Positions 1 through 7,196 of a DNA stretch of 20,000 nucleotides are shown in pieces. The stretch's first letter is position 1, and each line of letters opens with the position of its first letter. The stretch lies in IMG/VR virus record IMGVR_UViG_3300037424_001060. The stretch is one strand, 5' to 3'. The stretch is from an uncultured virus (IMG/VR IMGVR_UViG_3300037424_001060). Lineage: Duplodnaviria > Heunggongvirae > Uroviricota > Caudoviricetes. A program made the position numbers and the translations under genes. Below the pieces are notes generated by a model. That model searched no databases. It was not told the DNA's origin and saw nothing but the letters and a program-made list of their open reading frames with translations.

Positions 1-513
1 CCCCAGCCCAGATGTCCTCCCCTTGCATCACCCAGTCTACCCCTGCTGGCCATGTCACCATTCCAGCTTACAAGTCGGAGTCAACCGCGCCTTTTGCTTA
101 CCAAAGTCTCAGCAGGAATCGAACCTGCGTCCGTCGTACCAACCCTCTGCGAACGAGCCGGAATCGAACCGGCGATGCTTTGAACCCCTCTCGCGGTCCC
201 CTTTTCAGCGGTTACAGCCGCTACTAAGGCCACGGCACACCTGCCGCGAGTTCCCGTGGTCAGGGCAGGGCAGCTACTCCTGCCCAGGGGCCAGTTGGAC
301 GAGTGGGACTCGAACCCACAACTCCCGCTTGAGTGTGCCTCAGTCATGACTTGGGTCGTTCACCCACGGGTTGTGATTGCCGTTATCACTATCGTCCACA
401 AGGGTGTATACTCCCCTTGCTTACCATCTGTTATCGAGAGTCCATTCGGTAGCTGCAACTACAAACTTCGCCACTTTGCAGGTTACCAGGATGATGTCCC
501 GCTCTCAATTTCC
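1..513 (-). ncRNA. Candidate large structured ncRNA (GOLLD/ROOL-like), running off the left window edge and containing a tRNA-like domain
   Basis: No credible ORF in over 500 nt. Dense hairpins: CTCGCGG/CCGCGAG (250-244 with 196-190), AGCGG/CCGCT (207-222), GGGCAGG/CCTGCCC (~263-285), CAAGGG/CCCTTG (~399-419). Two free T-arm hairpins with TTCGATT loops (157-173, 112-128). Lies downstream of a tRNA in a phage. The family assignment is inference only. Confidence 0.5.
295..398 (-). ncRNA. tRNA-like RNA with the anticodon loop replaced by a 37-nt structured insert
   Basis: On the minus strand: acceptor TGGACGA/TCGTCCA, U8-A9, D-arm GTGA-TAACGGCAA-TCAC, stem CCCGT/GCGGG, short variable AGTT, T-arm GTGGG-TTCGAGT-CCCAC. 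There is no 7-nt anticodon loop. Confidence 0.75.
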
Positions 514-864
514 TTACAATTCTCTGTCTGGGTCAAAGTGAATCTCTGCGTGACAATTCTTGCACACTAGTTCACATTTGTCAAGTTCTAACTTTACTTT
601 ATCCCAGGCCCGTGTTCGCCCGTTCTGACCGATTCCATACTCTTTGTCATCGTGTGGATGATGGAACTCCAACGCTGACGGACACTTATCGTACCCACAG
701 TGAAAGCATGCTCCACCCTTGTACTCAATGGCTTTCAGCTTGAGCCTACGACGCCAACGGGTTACCTTACCGGGATCTTTACGGTTACACTCTATAGAGC
801 AGTAAAGAGTGTGACCCTTTCTTCTAGGCTCAAACTCATTGCCGCAATATACACACGTCAACAT
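514..864 (-). CDS. Small free-standing HNH endonuclease with an N-terminal Zn ribbon
   Basis: N-terminal CVYCGNEF...YCSIEC; KAIEYKGGACFHCG...ALEFHH...KCELVCKNCHAEIH HNH signature. SD AGGAG immediately after the tRNA-Asn 3' end. More AT-rich than neighbouring genes. Confidence 0.9.
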   Translation of the reverse strand: MLTCVYCGNEFEPRRKGHTLYCSIECNRKDPGKVTRWRRRLKLKAIEYKGGACFHCGYDKCPSALEFHHPHDDKEYGIGQNGRTRAWDKVKLELDKCELVCKNCHAEIHFDPDREL

Positions 865-879
865 ACTTTGTTCTCCTAG

Positions 880-952
880 CTGCCAGAACTGGAGTCGAAC
901 CAGTAACCACCGCTTTAACAGAGCGGCGCACTACCTGTTGTGCTATCTGGCA
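880..952 (-). tRNA. trnN: tRNA-Asn (GTT), CCA not encoded
   Basis: Acceptor TGCCAGA/TCTGGCA plus discriminator G, D-arm GCAC/GTGC, anticodon arm CCGCT-CT-GTT-AA-AGCGG, T-arm ACTGG-TTCGACT-CCAGT. Confidence 0.95.
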
Positions 953-1091
953 GTGTGGCGAGCGTTACTCGCCGCGTTTCATTGTCCTAACCTCACATTT
1001 GCAGGGTTACAGGCTTTCGGCCCGTTGAACAACAGTTATCTTCGGCCGGCGTTTCTTATCTCTTTGCCAGCCACGTCTCTTGTGTATCTAA

Positions 1092-1120
1092 ATGTTACAG
1101 CACAGAACCGGGGTTGTCAA
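1092..1120 (-). promoter_or_regulatory. sigma70-type promoter for the tRNA/HNH/ncRNA locus
   Basis: TTGACA (1120-1115), 17-bp spacer, TAACAT (1097-1092), directly after the stop codon of the upstream gene. Confidence 0.8.
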
Positions 1121-1125
1121 CTCGA

Positions 1126-1404
1126 TTATCCCAGAAACTTTATGTCACGCGGCAACTCAGTGAAGTATGCCGGCGGTATCTTACCGTCTTCGGTTACTTC
1201 CTTTGACAACGGGTGGTCGTCTCCCAGCGAATATCTACAAACAATGGCACCAGCATCGACCAGAGCCAAGCCATTAAGAAACCCGGCCACGAACACGGAG
1301 ATCTTTTCATGATATTCGCCTCCGAAGAAATTCAACTGGTTATTGACATAGATGGCGGTGACTCCGTCCCCATCCGGGTCGAAGTAAACAATATCAATCA
1401 GCAT
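1126..1404 (-). CDS. Hypothetical phage protein (92 aa)
   Basis: ORF in the co-directional gene string, overlapping the upstream stop, with a plausible acidic composition. Confidence 0.75.
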   Translation of the reverse strand: MLIDIVYFDPDGDGVTAIYVNNQLNFFGGEYHEKISVFVAGFLNGLALVDAGAIVCRYSLGDDHPLSKEVTEDGKIPPAYFTELPRDIKFLG

Positions 1405-1765
1405 ATGGGTATACCTTCAGGTGATAGGAAAGGTCGGAATCTTCCAGGTGCCGGGGTAACTTGCGAAATACCCCACTAATGGGGTCATAATACTTTCCCC
1501 GATGCCAGACCACCCAGTGGGCGGCTTCCCGGTCTTTTGATTGGAAATACAGCAGGGCAGTGTCATCCCGCTCTGGAGGCCCTGGTGTCCACCGTGGCGC
1601 GTGCGGAACCCTAAAGGCACTCAGAGCCACCGTTAGATCCTTTGTGCGTGTCTGACCCTCCACGCGGGCCAGCATAACGGCTTCGTCCAGGGAGATGCCC
1701 AGCAGGGTCGCGATGCACGCCTGCCCGCAAAGGTTACTGCCCGGCGGCTGTCTCACAAGTTTCAT
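1394..1765 (-). CDS. Peptidase C39-like (papain-fold) small protein
   Basis: Q-x6-C motif (RQPPGSNLCGQACIATLLG), His in AHWVVW, Asp in YYDP. Start overlaps the upstream stop. Confidence 0.75.
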   Translation of the reverse strand: MKLVRQPPGSNLCGQACIATLLGISLDEAVMLARVEGQTRTKDLTVALSAFRVPHAPRWTPGPPERDDTALLYFQSKDREAAHWVVWHRGKYYDPISGVFRKLPRHLEDSDLSYHLKVYPYAD

Positions 1766-2007
1766 CTTTCAGTGCTCCGTGCTTCCCGAACAATTTCCAA
1801 CGCCTTGTTCATCTCCATAACGAACCTCTCGGTTTCCCAGTGCATCGTGCCCGGTATCCTGTCACCATAGTGAACTTCATCGGGCTCGGCTATCAGCGTC
1901 ACCATCCCATCATCAGTATACTTGATAATGGTGAACGCGCTGTCTTCCATCTCCAGCTTATGGAGAAGGGACAGCAGATTTCGCCTACTCAATTTTACTT
2001 CGATCAT
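1762..2007 (-). CDS. Hypothetical phage protein (81 aa)
   Basis: ATG start, tight packing, ATGA overlap with the next gene. Confidence 0.75.
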   Translation of the reverse strand: MIEVKLSRRNLLSLLHKLEMEDSAFTIIKYTDDGMVTLIAEPDEVHYGDRIPGTMHWETERFVMEMNKALEIVREARSTER

Positions 2008-2021
2008 ATCTGCCTTTCTGA

Positions 2022-2231
2022 TTAGTGTTCCTCCCCGGAAATGTTTCCGGGGCGATGACCCCTTAATGTTTTTCCTTTTCCCTTGTGATCCTTTCGGGGT
2101 GCCATAGACGAGTTTCCCACATATTTCTTCTCGGCTCGATCGGATCTACCGGCCCGCAACACGGTGTCCGGTTTGTAGTGCTTAGAGTAATTACATACCG
2201 GCTTAGGGGTGAAGTCATCTTCGCTTATCAT
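2022..2231 (-). CDS. Small basic hypothetical protein (69 aa)
   Basis: ATGA overlap with the polymerase stop; K/R-rich. Confidence 0.6.
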   Translation of the reverse strand: MISEDDFTPKPVCNYSKHYKPDTVLRAGRSDRAEKKYVGNSSMAPRKDHKGKGKTLRGHRPGNISGEEH

Positions 2232-4945
2232 ATGTATTCTACCAGCCCCTCGTTTTCTTCATATGCTGGTTCTTCGTCCAGCTCTTCCAACTCTTCGATG
2301 TCCATGGGCGCTACATACACGCCATCATCGTACACTTCCTTGATACCGTGTGGGCCTACATGCAGGGTGGCTTCCCCTCCGCCCTTTTTCCCGGCCCAGT
2401 TGTTCATTCGCTTCACCCACTTAATACCAATGAGTGGCACCCGATCGCGATACGATTCTACCACCTCAACAACTATGTCGGCCACCTCATCGGCGTGGTC
2501 TGGATGCGTCACTGTTAACACTTCGTCGTGGATGTTGATAGGGGCCACTATCCATTCGCCGATCCCCGCCGGCTGCAAGTCCCAGATTCGCCGCTGCAAG
2601 TCTTTCGTAATGATGGCACCGGGCGACTGAATCAAGTGGTTATTACCAGCTCGAATGTTAGCGGCCTGTATCTGGAACGCCGCGCCATACAGGGCGGAGG
2701 CCACTGCCCCGGCCGGGGTCTGGTCCTTTTCGCGTCGATTGACCTTGAAGTCCAGGTTGCACCAGTTGCGAGGCACATTGTGTGCCAAGTCAAATAGAGC
2801 CTTCGCTATTTTGTTCTCGATGGTGAAGTATCGGCGGAAGCCTAAGAACGTCTCAATATACTCAGCGGGTTCCTTGTAGGTGATCTTGCCGCCGTCCTCG
2901 TCCTGTGCCAGGGCCCCGAACATTTCCTCTACCCGCTTGCGTGCTTCACGCATGCCAGGATATTTGTTCTGGAAATTCTCGCACGCCATCTCCGCGATCT
3001 TCATCTCGATGTTCAACTTCTTGTTGATCGTAGTATGGTCACCACCATACAGCAGGGCGAACACCGACTGCTTAGCACGCGTGTACATATCGACATCGCC
3101 GCCGTCCTTGAAGCCTTTACTGGCTTTGATCTGTGCTTCGTTCTTATCTGGGTACAGCTCCAATGCCATCAGGGTATGGATGGACTTTCCCGCCAGAAGA
3201 TCCTCACGAAGCCGGGCATCTTGAAACACCGCGTCCGCGAGCGTCACTTCAAATCCGTCGAAGTCACCACCGCACAGGATCATGTCACCCCACATGAGCG
3301 GGAAGCTACTTCGTACTTCCTCGGAGCCCTTGATCCCTTGGGCATTCAGACCGTCGCCGCCCGCCATTCTCGAAGAGAGGGTACCAATCACTTTGAAGCT
3401 GGCGTGGAATCTTCCGGCCTGCAACAACTTACGGTACAGCTCTACTTCCTTCGCGGCTGCTTTGATCTTGAGAATTTCATCCGCCCGCTTCGCCGCGTTG
3501 GTGGGACCCAAGTAGAGAAAGCCTCTGCCGTCACAGCGTGGGCATTCTCCGCCCTCTCCAAGGCAGCGAACACAGAACTCACCCCCCGGCTCACGTCCTG
3601 TGGCGAGACACCGAGGGCACTTGCCGTTGCCTTTACATCCGAGACAAAGCGGGTCCTCTGGTGGCTTTCCATTTTTATCAAGAGGTTCCAGACCGGTCCC
3701 CCCGCAGCGCACACACTTGCAACTTCCTTTGCAATCATGGCACGGCTCGTCGCACAGTGTTGGGTCCAGGGCATCTCTCGGAACGACATACTTGCTCCGT
3801 ATCTTCTCTAAGTTTGCTTTTTTGGTACTCTTGTCAATCAGAGTAGCTTCACTCTCATCCATGACGTGCCGGATGTACGCCTTCACCTGCGCCGGCTTGT
3901 TGATGTTTACTGGAGATGCTTCGAGTACCGATAGGGACTTACGCAACAGCAAATTGATTTGGTCAATGTCGATCGTGAAGCCATGCCACCGAACAGCCGA
4001 CACCATGCAGGCGAGGACAGAGTCATCGTCACCCGCTTCAGGGAATTCGAAGTATTCGTCCAACAGTCTGGTGTAGGTGACGTCGTCGCCGCCGTACTCT
4101 CTTGCTTCAAGATTGTTTCTCCAATGTTCGATGTCACCTTTCAGCAAGGCGGGCCACGCGTAACCTTTCAGCTTCCCTTGCTTGTCAAATACTTTCCACT
4201 CTTTCTCCGCGTTGGACAGACCGAGAGCGAAGGGCACGTGTCCCAGCTCGGTCAGCTTGTGTTGCCGGACAGGATACACTTCCTTGAACGAGTGATAGGT
4301 GGGGTCCAGACCGAGGCAGTGCTGAGCAAGATACTTGAGCCCACGATTTGGCTTGAACTTGAGCGTGACATCCTTGAAGTTGGGATCTACTTGATCTTCC
4401 TTTCCTCGCTTGATTCGATCGTAGATACCCCACTTGGGCGCGTTCTGATTGGCCCTCCCGGCGAACAGAATGCCGTCCAGCTCGATGCGCTTCTCCAGCT
4501 CATCGGCCAGCGGCTTGCACAAAATGGTGGGCACCTTCGTTACACGGATGTCGTGCCGCGACATAAGGGACTGGAACTTACCCTTCCGTGAATGTAACAT
4601 CAGGCAGATGACGTTCTTTGGCTTCAAGCAAGGGCCGTCGCGACCATCCATCTCAGCCTGCGCCAGAACCTCCACCGGCAACTCGCCCGGTATAGCGTCG
4701 GGCGGCAACAGGCGGAACATGGTGTAGATCTTGCAGATGTGAAACATGTCATAGGTGGCGTTGAAAAAGCAAAGAGTGTGCCTCATGAACTCTTCGATCA
4801 ACGCGAGCGTGTCCTTCGCCGGCACGTCCCACAAGTTGTGCAGCACCACAGGACCGTCTTCAAACGCGTATTGTAGCAGCGTGGCGAGTCCGTGGAATCC
4901 GATCGTCTCGCTGTCGATGTAGTAGCAGTCTTTTCTGAATCTCAT
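2228..4945 (-). CDS. polA: Phage family A DNA polymerase with 3'-5' exonuclease and a Cys-rich thumb insertion
   Basis: ExoI IDSET, ExoII FNATYDM, ExoIII YGGDDV; motif A GGDFDGFEV, motif B RAKQSVFALLYGG, motif C IHDEV; acidic C-terminal tail. Confidence 0.93.
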   Translation of the reverse strand: MRFRKDCYYIDSETIGFHGLATLLQYAFEDGPVVLHNLWDVPAKDTLALIEEFMRHTLCFFNATYDMFHICKIYTMFRLLPPDAIPGELPVEVLAQAEMDGRDGPCLKPKNVICLMLHSRKGKFQSLMSRHDIRVTKVPTILCKPLADELEKRIELDGILFAGRANQNAPKWGIYDRIKRGKEDQVDPNFKDVTLKFKPNRGLKYLAQHCLGLDPTYHSFKEVYPVRQHKLTELGHVPFALGLSNAEKEWKVFDKQGKLKGYAWPALLKGDIEHWRNNLEAREYGGDDVTYTRLLDEYFEFPEAGDDDSVLACMVSAVRWHGFTIDIDQINLLLRKSLSVLEASPVNINKPAQVKAYIRHVMDESEATLIDKSTKKANLEKIRSKYVVPRDALDPTLCDEPCHDCKGSCKCVRCGGTGLEPLDKNGKPPEDPLCLGCKGNGKCPRCLATGREPGGEFCVRCLGEGGECPRCDGRGFLYLGPTNAAKRADEILKIKAAAKEVELYRKLLQAGRFHASFKVIGTLSSRMAGGDGLNAQGIKGSEEVRSSFPLMWGDMILCGGDFDGFEVTLADAVFQDARLREDLLAGKSIHTLMALELYPDKNEAQIKASKGFKDGGDVDMYTRAKQSVFALLYGGDHTTINKKLNIEMKIAEMACENFQNKYPGMREARKRVEEMFGALAQDEDGGKITYKEPAEYIETFLGFRRYFTIENKIAKALFDLAHNVPRNWCNLDFKVNRREKDQTPAGAVASALYGAAFQIQAANIRAGNNHLIQSPGAIITKDLQRRIWDLQPAGIGEWIVAPINIHDEVLTVTHPDHADEVADIVVEVVESYRDRVPLIGIKWVKRMNNWAGKKGGGEATLHVGPHGIKEVYDDGVYVAPMDIEELEELDEEPAYEENEGLVEYI

Positions 4946-5286
4946 AAGGCTACACCGTGCTCCAATACTTCAATATCATCGGGGTGAACCAGGAACGACT
5001 TTCCTTCCAGGCGGGTCTTGCACTTGTACAATCGGATGTAGCGCGCCACTTCCAAGCGGGCAGGAACATCAGTATCAGGGCCGTAGAATGAGAAGCGGTC
5101 CCTGCCGGGCATGTACTTGCCAATGGCTCTCTTCACCGACCCCACAACCGTGCAACGAAACGGTGTCACGGCGTCGGTGCGGGTCAACCGCTTGTGGTCA
5201 TCAGAATCATACTCTACACAGGACACCCGGCTGACGATCACTTCATCTCCCAACCGCAGTCCTAGCGGATTCGTCGGGGTCCTCAT
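4942..5286 (-). CDS. Hypothetical protein (probable start MRTP at 5286)
   Basis: ATGA overlaps at both ends. Confidence 0.7.
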   Translation of the reverse strand: MRTPTNPLGLRLGDEVIVSRVSCVEYDSDDHKRLTRTDAVTPFRCTVVGSVKRAIGKYMPGRDRFSFYGPDTDVPARLEVARYIRLYKCKTRLEGKSFLVHPDDIEVLEHGVAL

Positions 5287-5666
5287 CGCAACACCAACTT
5301 GTGAACTTCGACGCGCCATCTTTCTTCTCCATAGCGGCCCCAGACCAGGGTCGGTGAATACTGCGTGGAAGATGTGTAAACCGGCATGTCTCCATAATGT
5401 TTTTCAATTACCGCGACCTGTTCGCGGGCATAGTGCATCGCTGACATTACATCCTTGTAGACGTAGAACTCCGGGTCGCCGTGATCGTCGTACACGTACA
5501 CCAGGAAAATCATGCCGAGGTTCAGCGCCGCCGCGATCTGGTGGGCCACGGAGGTTTCCCAGCATCTGCAAAATGGATTATCGGGGGCATCGGGGTCTTT
5601 TTCCCACACGTCGGATTCGTACGGCTCTTCGTCATATGGCTCGACGCTATACGTCTTTGTCATCAA
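5283..5666 (-). CDS. Hypothetical acidic protein (127 aa)
   Basis: SD GGAG upstream; coupled to its neighbours. Confidence 0.7.
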   Translation of the reverse strand: MMTKTYSVEPYDEEPYESDVWEKDPDAPDNPFCRCWETSVAHQIAAALNLGMIFLVYVYDDHGDPEFYVYKDVMSAMHYAREQVAVIEKHYGDMPVYTSSTQYSPTLVWGRYGEERWRVEVHKLVLR

Positions 5667-5854
5667 ACAGCTCCGGGTGAGGTATGTCGAATGTTCGTTG
5701 TCAGATCATAACCCTTAAAGATTTGCCGGCCGGTGAAATCGACTTGAGTAAGCATGCCATTCGCCGGGTTGCGGTAGATAGGCCAACAACATTTCTGGTA
5801 CAGAATGTACCCGATGGACAACATGAAGTTAATCGTTTTCTGTTGCTCGTTCAT
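5663..5854 (-). CDS. Hypothetical protein (63 aa)
   Basis: ATGA overlaps in the gene string. Confidence 0.6.
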   Translation of the reverse strand: MNEQQKTINFMLSIGYILYQKCCWPIYRNPANGMLTQVDFTGRQIFKGYDLTTNIRHTSPGAV

Positions 5855-6171
5855 ACATACTTCCCCACGTAGTTAGCAGGAAAAGGGTGATGGAAGTAGA
5901 AGATATTATTGTAGTCGAACAACAATTCCTTCACTTCCGTGTATGACTGCCAGCACGGGGCCCAGTCTATCAGGTTCGGAATGTTGGGGTCGGTGTAAAC
6001 TTGCATACACCTTTCACCGGGGACTACTCGAACGGCCTTGATGTTGGGGAACCAGCAAGCCAACAGGGCGTCAAGCTGCGCGTCAAACGAGGCAGACACG
6101 CGACCAGAATACAGGTCGATGAATTCTTTCTCCGCGTCCACCCACAAACTGTGAAATGCCTTTACGCTCAT
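5851..6171 (-). CDS. Hypothetical protein (probable start MSVKAF at 6171)
   Basis: ATGA overlap with the upstream stop at 6168. Confidence 0.65.
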   Translation of the reverse strand: MSVKAFHSLWVDAEKEFIDLYSGRVSASFDAQLDALLACWFPNIKAVRVVPGERCMQVYTDPNIPNLIDWAPCWQSYTEVKELLFDYNNIFYFHHPFPANYVGKYV

Positions 6172-6518
6172 CGGCCGAGGCCCCACTTCAACATCCTAAT
6201 GACTTCCAGAGATGTGTAATATTCTGGGTAACACCGCATCTTGATGCACGACGTGAGGAAAAAAATAGCTACCAGTGACAAGATGGCGGTGAGTACCGAA
6301 AACGCGATGATTACAGGTGGCCGCAAATCATTGGCAATGATACCGCCGACAGACTTGCACGCCCACACCAGCCCGTTCACTGATGCGATCAACATAATTA
6401 CGCTGACCACGAACAGGGTGAACTCGTTGATTAACGCCACCTTGTAGGCTTGCTCGGCGACGGTCGGCAGATCGTTTGTCACAATGCTGCTAAGATATTC
6501 CAGTAAACTTTCCATCAT
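6168..6518 (-). CDS. Membrane protein with two predicted TM helices
   Basis: Hydrophobic stretches FTLFVVSVIMLIASVNGLVWAC and VIIAFSVLTAILSLVAIFFLTSC; SD GGGAG. Confidence 0.75.
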   Translation of the reverse strand: MMESLLEYLSSIVTNDLPTVAEQAYKVALINEFTLFVVSVIMLIASVNGLVWACKSVGGIIANDLRPPVIIAFSVLTAILSLVAIFFLTSCIKMRCYPEYYTSLEVIRMLKWGLGR

Positions 6519-6886
6519 GCAACTCCCAGGGTGGAAAAGAGAACCTTTCGAAGATCGGCCAGATGCGAATCCTTCGCTTCAATGATGGCGTCCTGACGAA
6601 GCGGCTGGGCGGGGCGGTACCCGGCAAACCACAGGGCGTCGAACAGGGATTGAAAACCTCTACCACTCTCGCGGTCGTCCATTCGAATCGCCGGTGGGTT
6701 GTGTTCTCCGGGCGTGTGATCCCGAAACGTAAGCGGGTCGGCCATCTTGACACTTCCGTCGCGCTCGCGCATCATGATGCGGAGTTCTTCGGCCTGCCAC
6801 TCGATACAGTACATCAAATGAAACGCCATCCCCGGCTGATGGGTTTGTGGATACCACAGCATTACATTTTCTCCGTGACGGTACAC
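6515..6886 (-). CDS. Hypothetical phage protein
   Basis: ORF in the gene string. C-terminal FQSLFDALWFAGYRP...HLADLRKVLF resembles a common small phage protein pattern. Start uncertain. Confidence 0.7.
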   Translation of the reverse strand: MYRHGENVMLWYPQTHQPGMAFHLMYCIEWQAEELRIMMRERDGSVKMADPLTFRDHTPGEHNPPAIRMDDRESGRGFQSLFDALWFAGYRPAQPLRQDAIIEAKDSHLADLRKVLFSTLGVA

Positions 6887-7194
6887 TTCATGTGGTCGGG
6901 CGGGACGGGGGCGGCAATGAGTGGTATGGCAACAACATTGTTGTTCTTCAGCCGAACAGCGTTGTGATGCGTTTTGCCGCTGTACATTGGCGGCAGCCGA
7001 TTGGCGAGCAGTTTCTTGTTCTCTCTCGCTTGTGAGGGAGTCAAGTAAGCGTCCCGAAACGTGAACGTCTGAATGTCGTCGCTGTCATAGCCGGCTTCCA
7101 GTGCGTGGGCCCACAGCCCCATCACCTGTGTGAGATACTGCTGTTCGGCGTGCAGCTTGGTGAGACTGTCGAGCACTATTTGAACTTCGCCCAC
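6862..7194 (-). CDS. Hypothetical protein (110 aa)
   Basis: GTG start 2 nt after the upstream stop; co-directional. Confidence 0.65.
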   Translation of the reverse strand: MGEVQIVLDSLTKLHAEQQYLTQVMGLWAHALEAGYDSDDIQTFTFRDAYLTPSQARENKKLLANRLPPMYSGKTHHNAVRLKNNNVVAIPLIAAPVPPDHMKCTVTEKM

Positions 7195-7196
7195 TG

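Noticed and set aside
100..135. GGACGCAGGTTCGATTCCTGC resembles the tmRNA 3' end
   Set aside because: Not followed by a CCACCA acceptor strand; no GGGG-type 5' acceptor or tag ORF found.
149..200. GGGGTTCAAA plus T-arm as a possible tRNA-Sec or UCA suppressor
   Set aside because: No anticodon stem, D-arm or adjacent acceptor pairing can be built.
81..347. 88-aa minus-strand ORF in the non-coding region
   Set aside because: It translates through tRNA-like T-arms (GFES, GSIP motifs), has no SD, and is better explained as structured RNA.
399..880. Group I intron carrying the HNH gene inside a tRNA
   Set aside because: Both flanking tRNA-shaped elements have complete 5' and 3' halves; no split exon or recognisable P7 core.
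990..1040. Hammerhead or c-di-GMP riboswitch-like words (CGAAA, GCAAA)
   Set aside because: The CUGANGA core and riboswitch architecture are absent.
3510..3790. Intein in the polymerase (or helicase)
   Set aside because: No HN/HQ-C/S/T C-terminal splice junction or LAGLIDADG motifs; the inserts are short Zn fingers.
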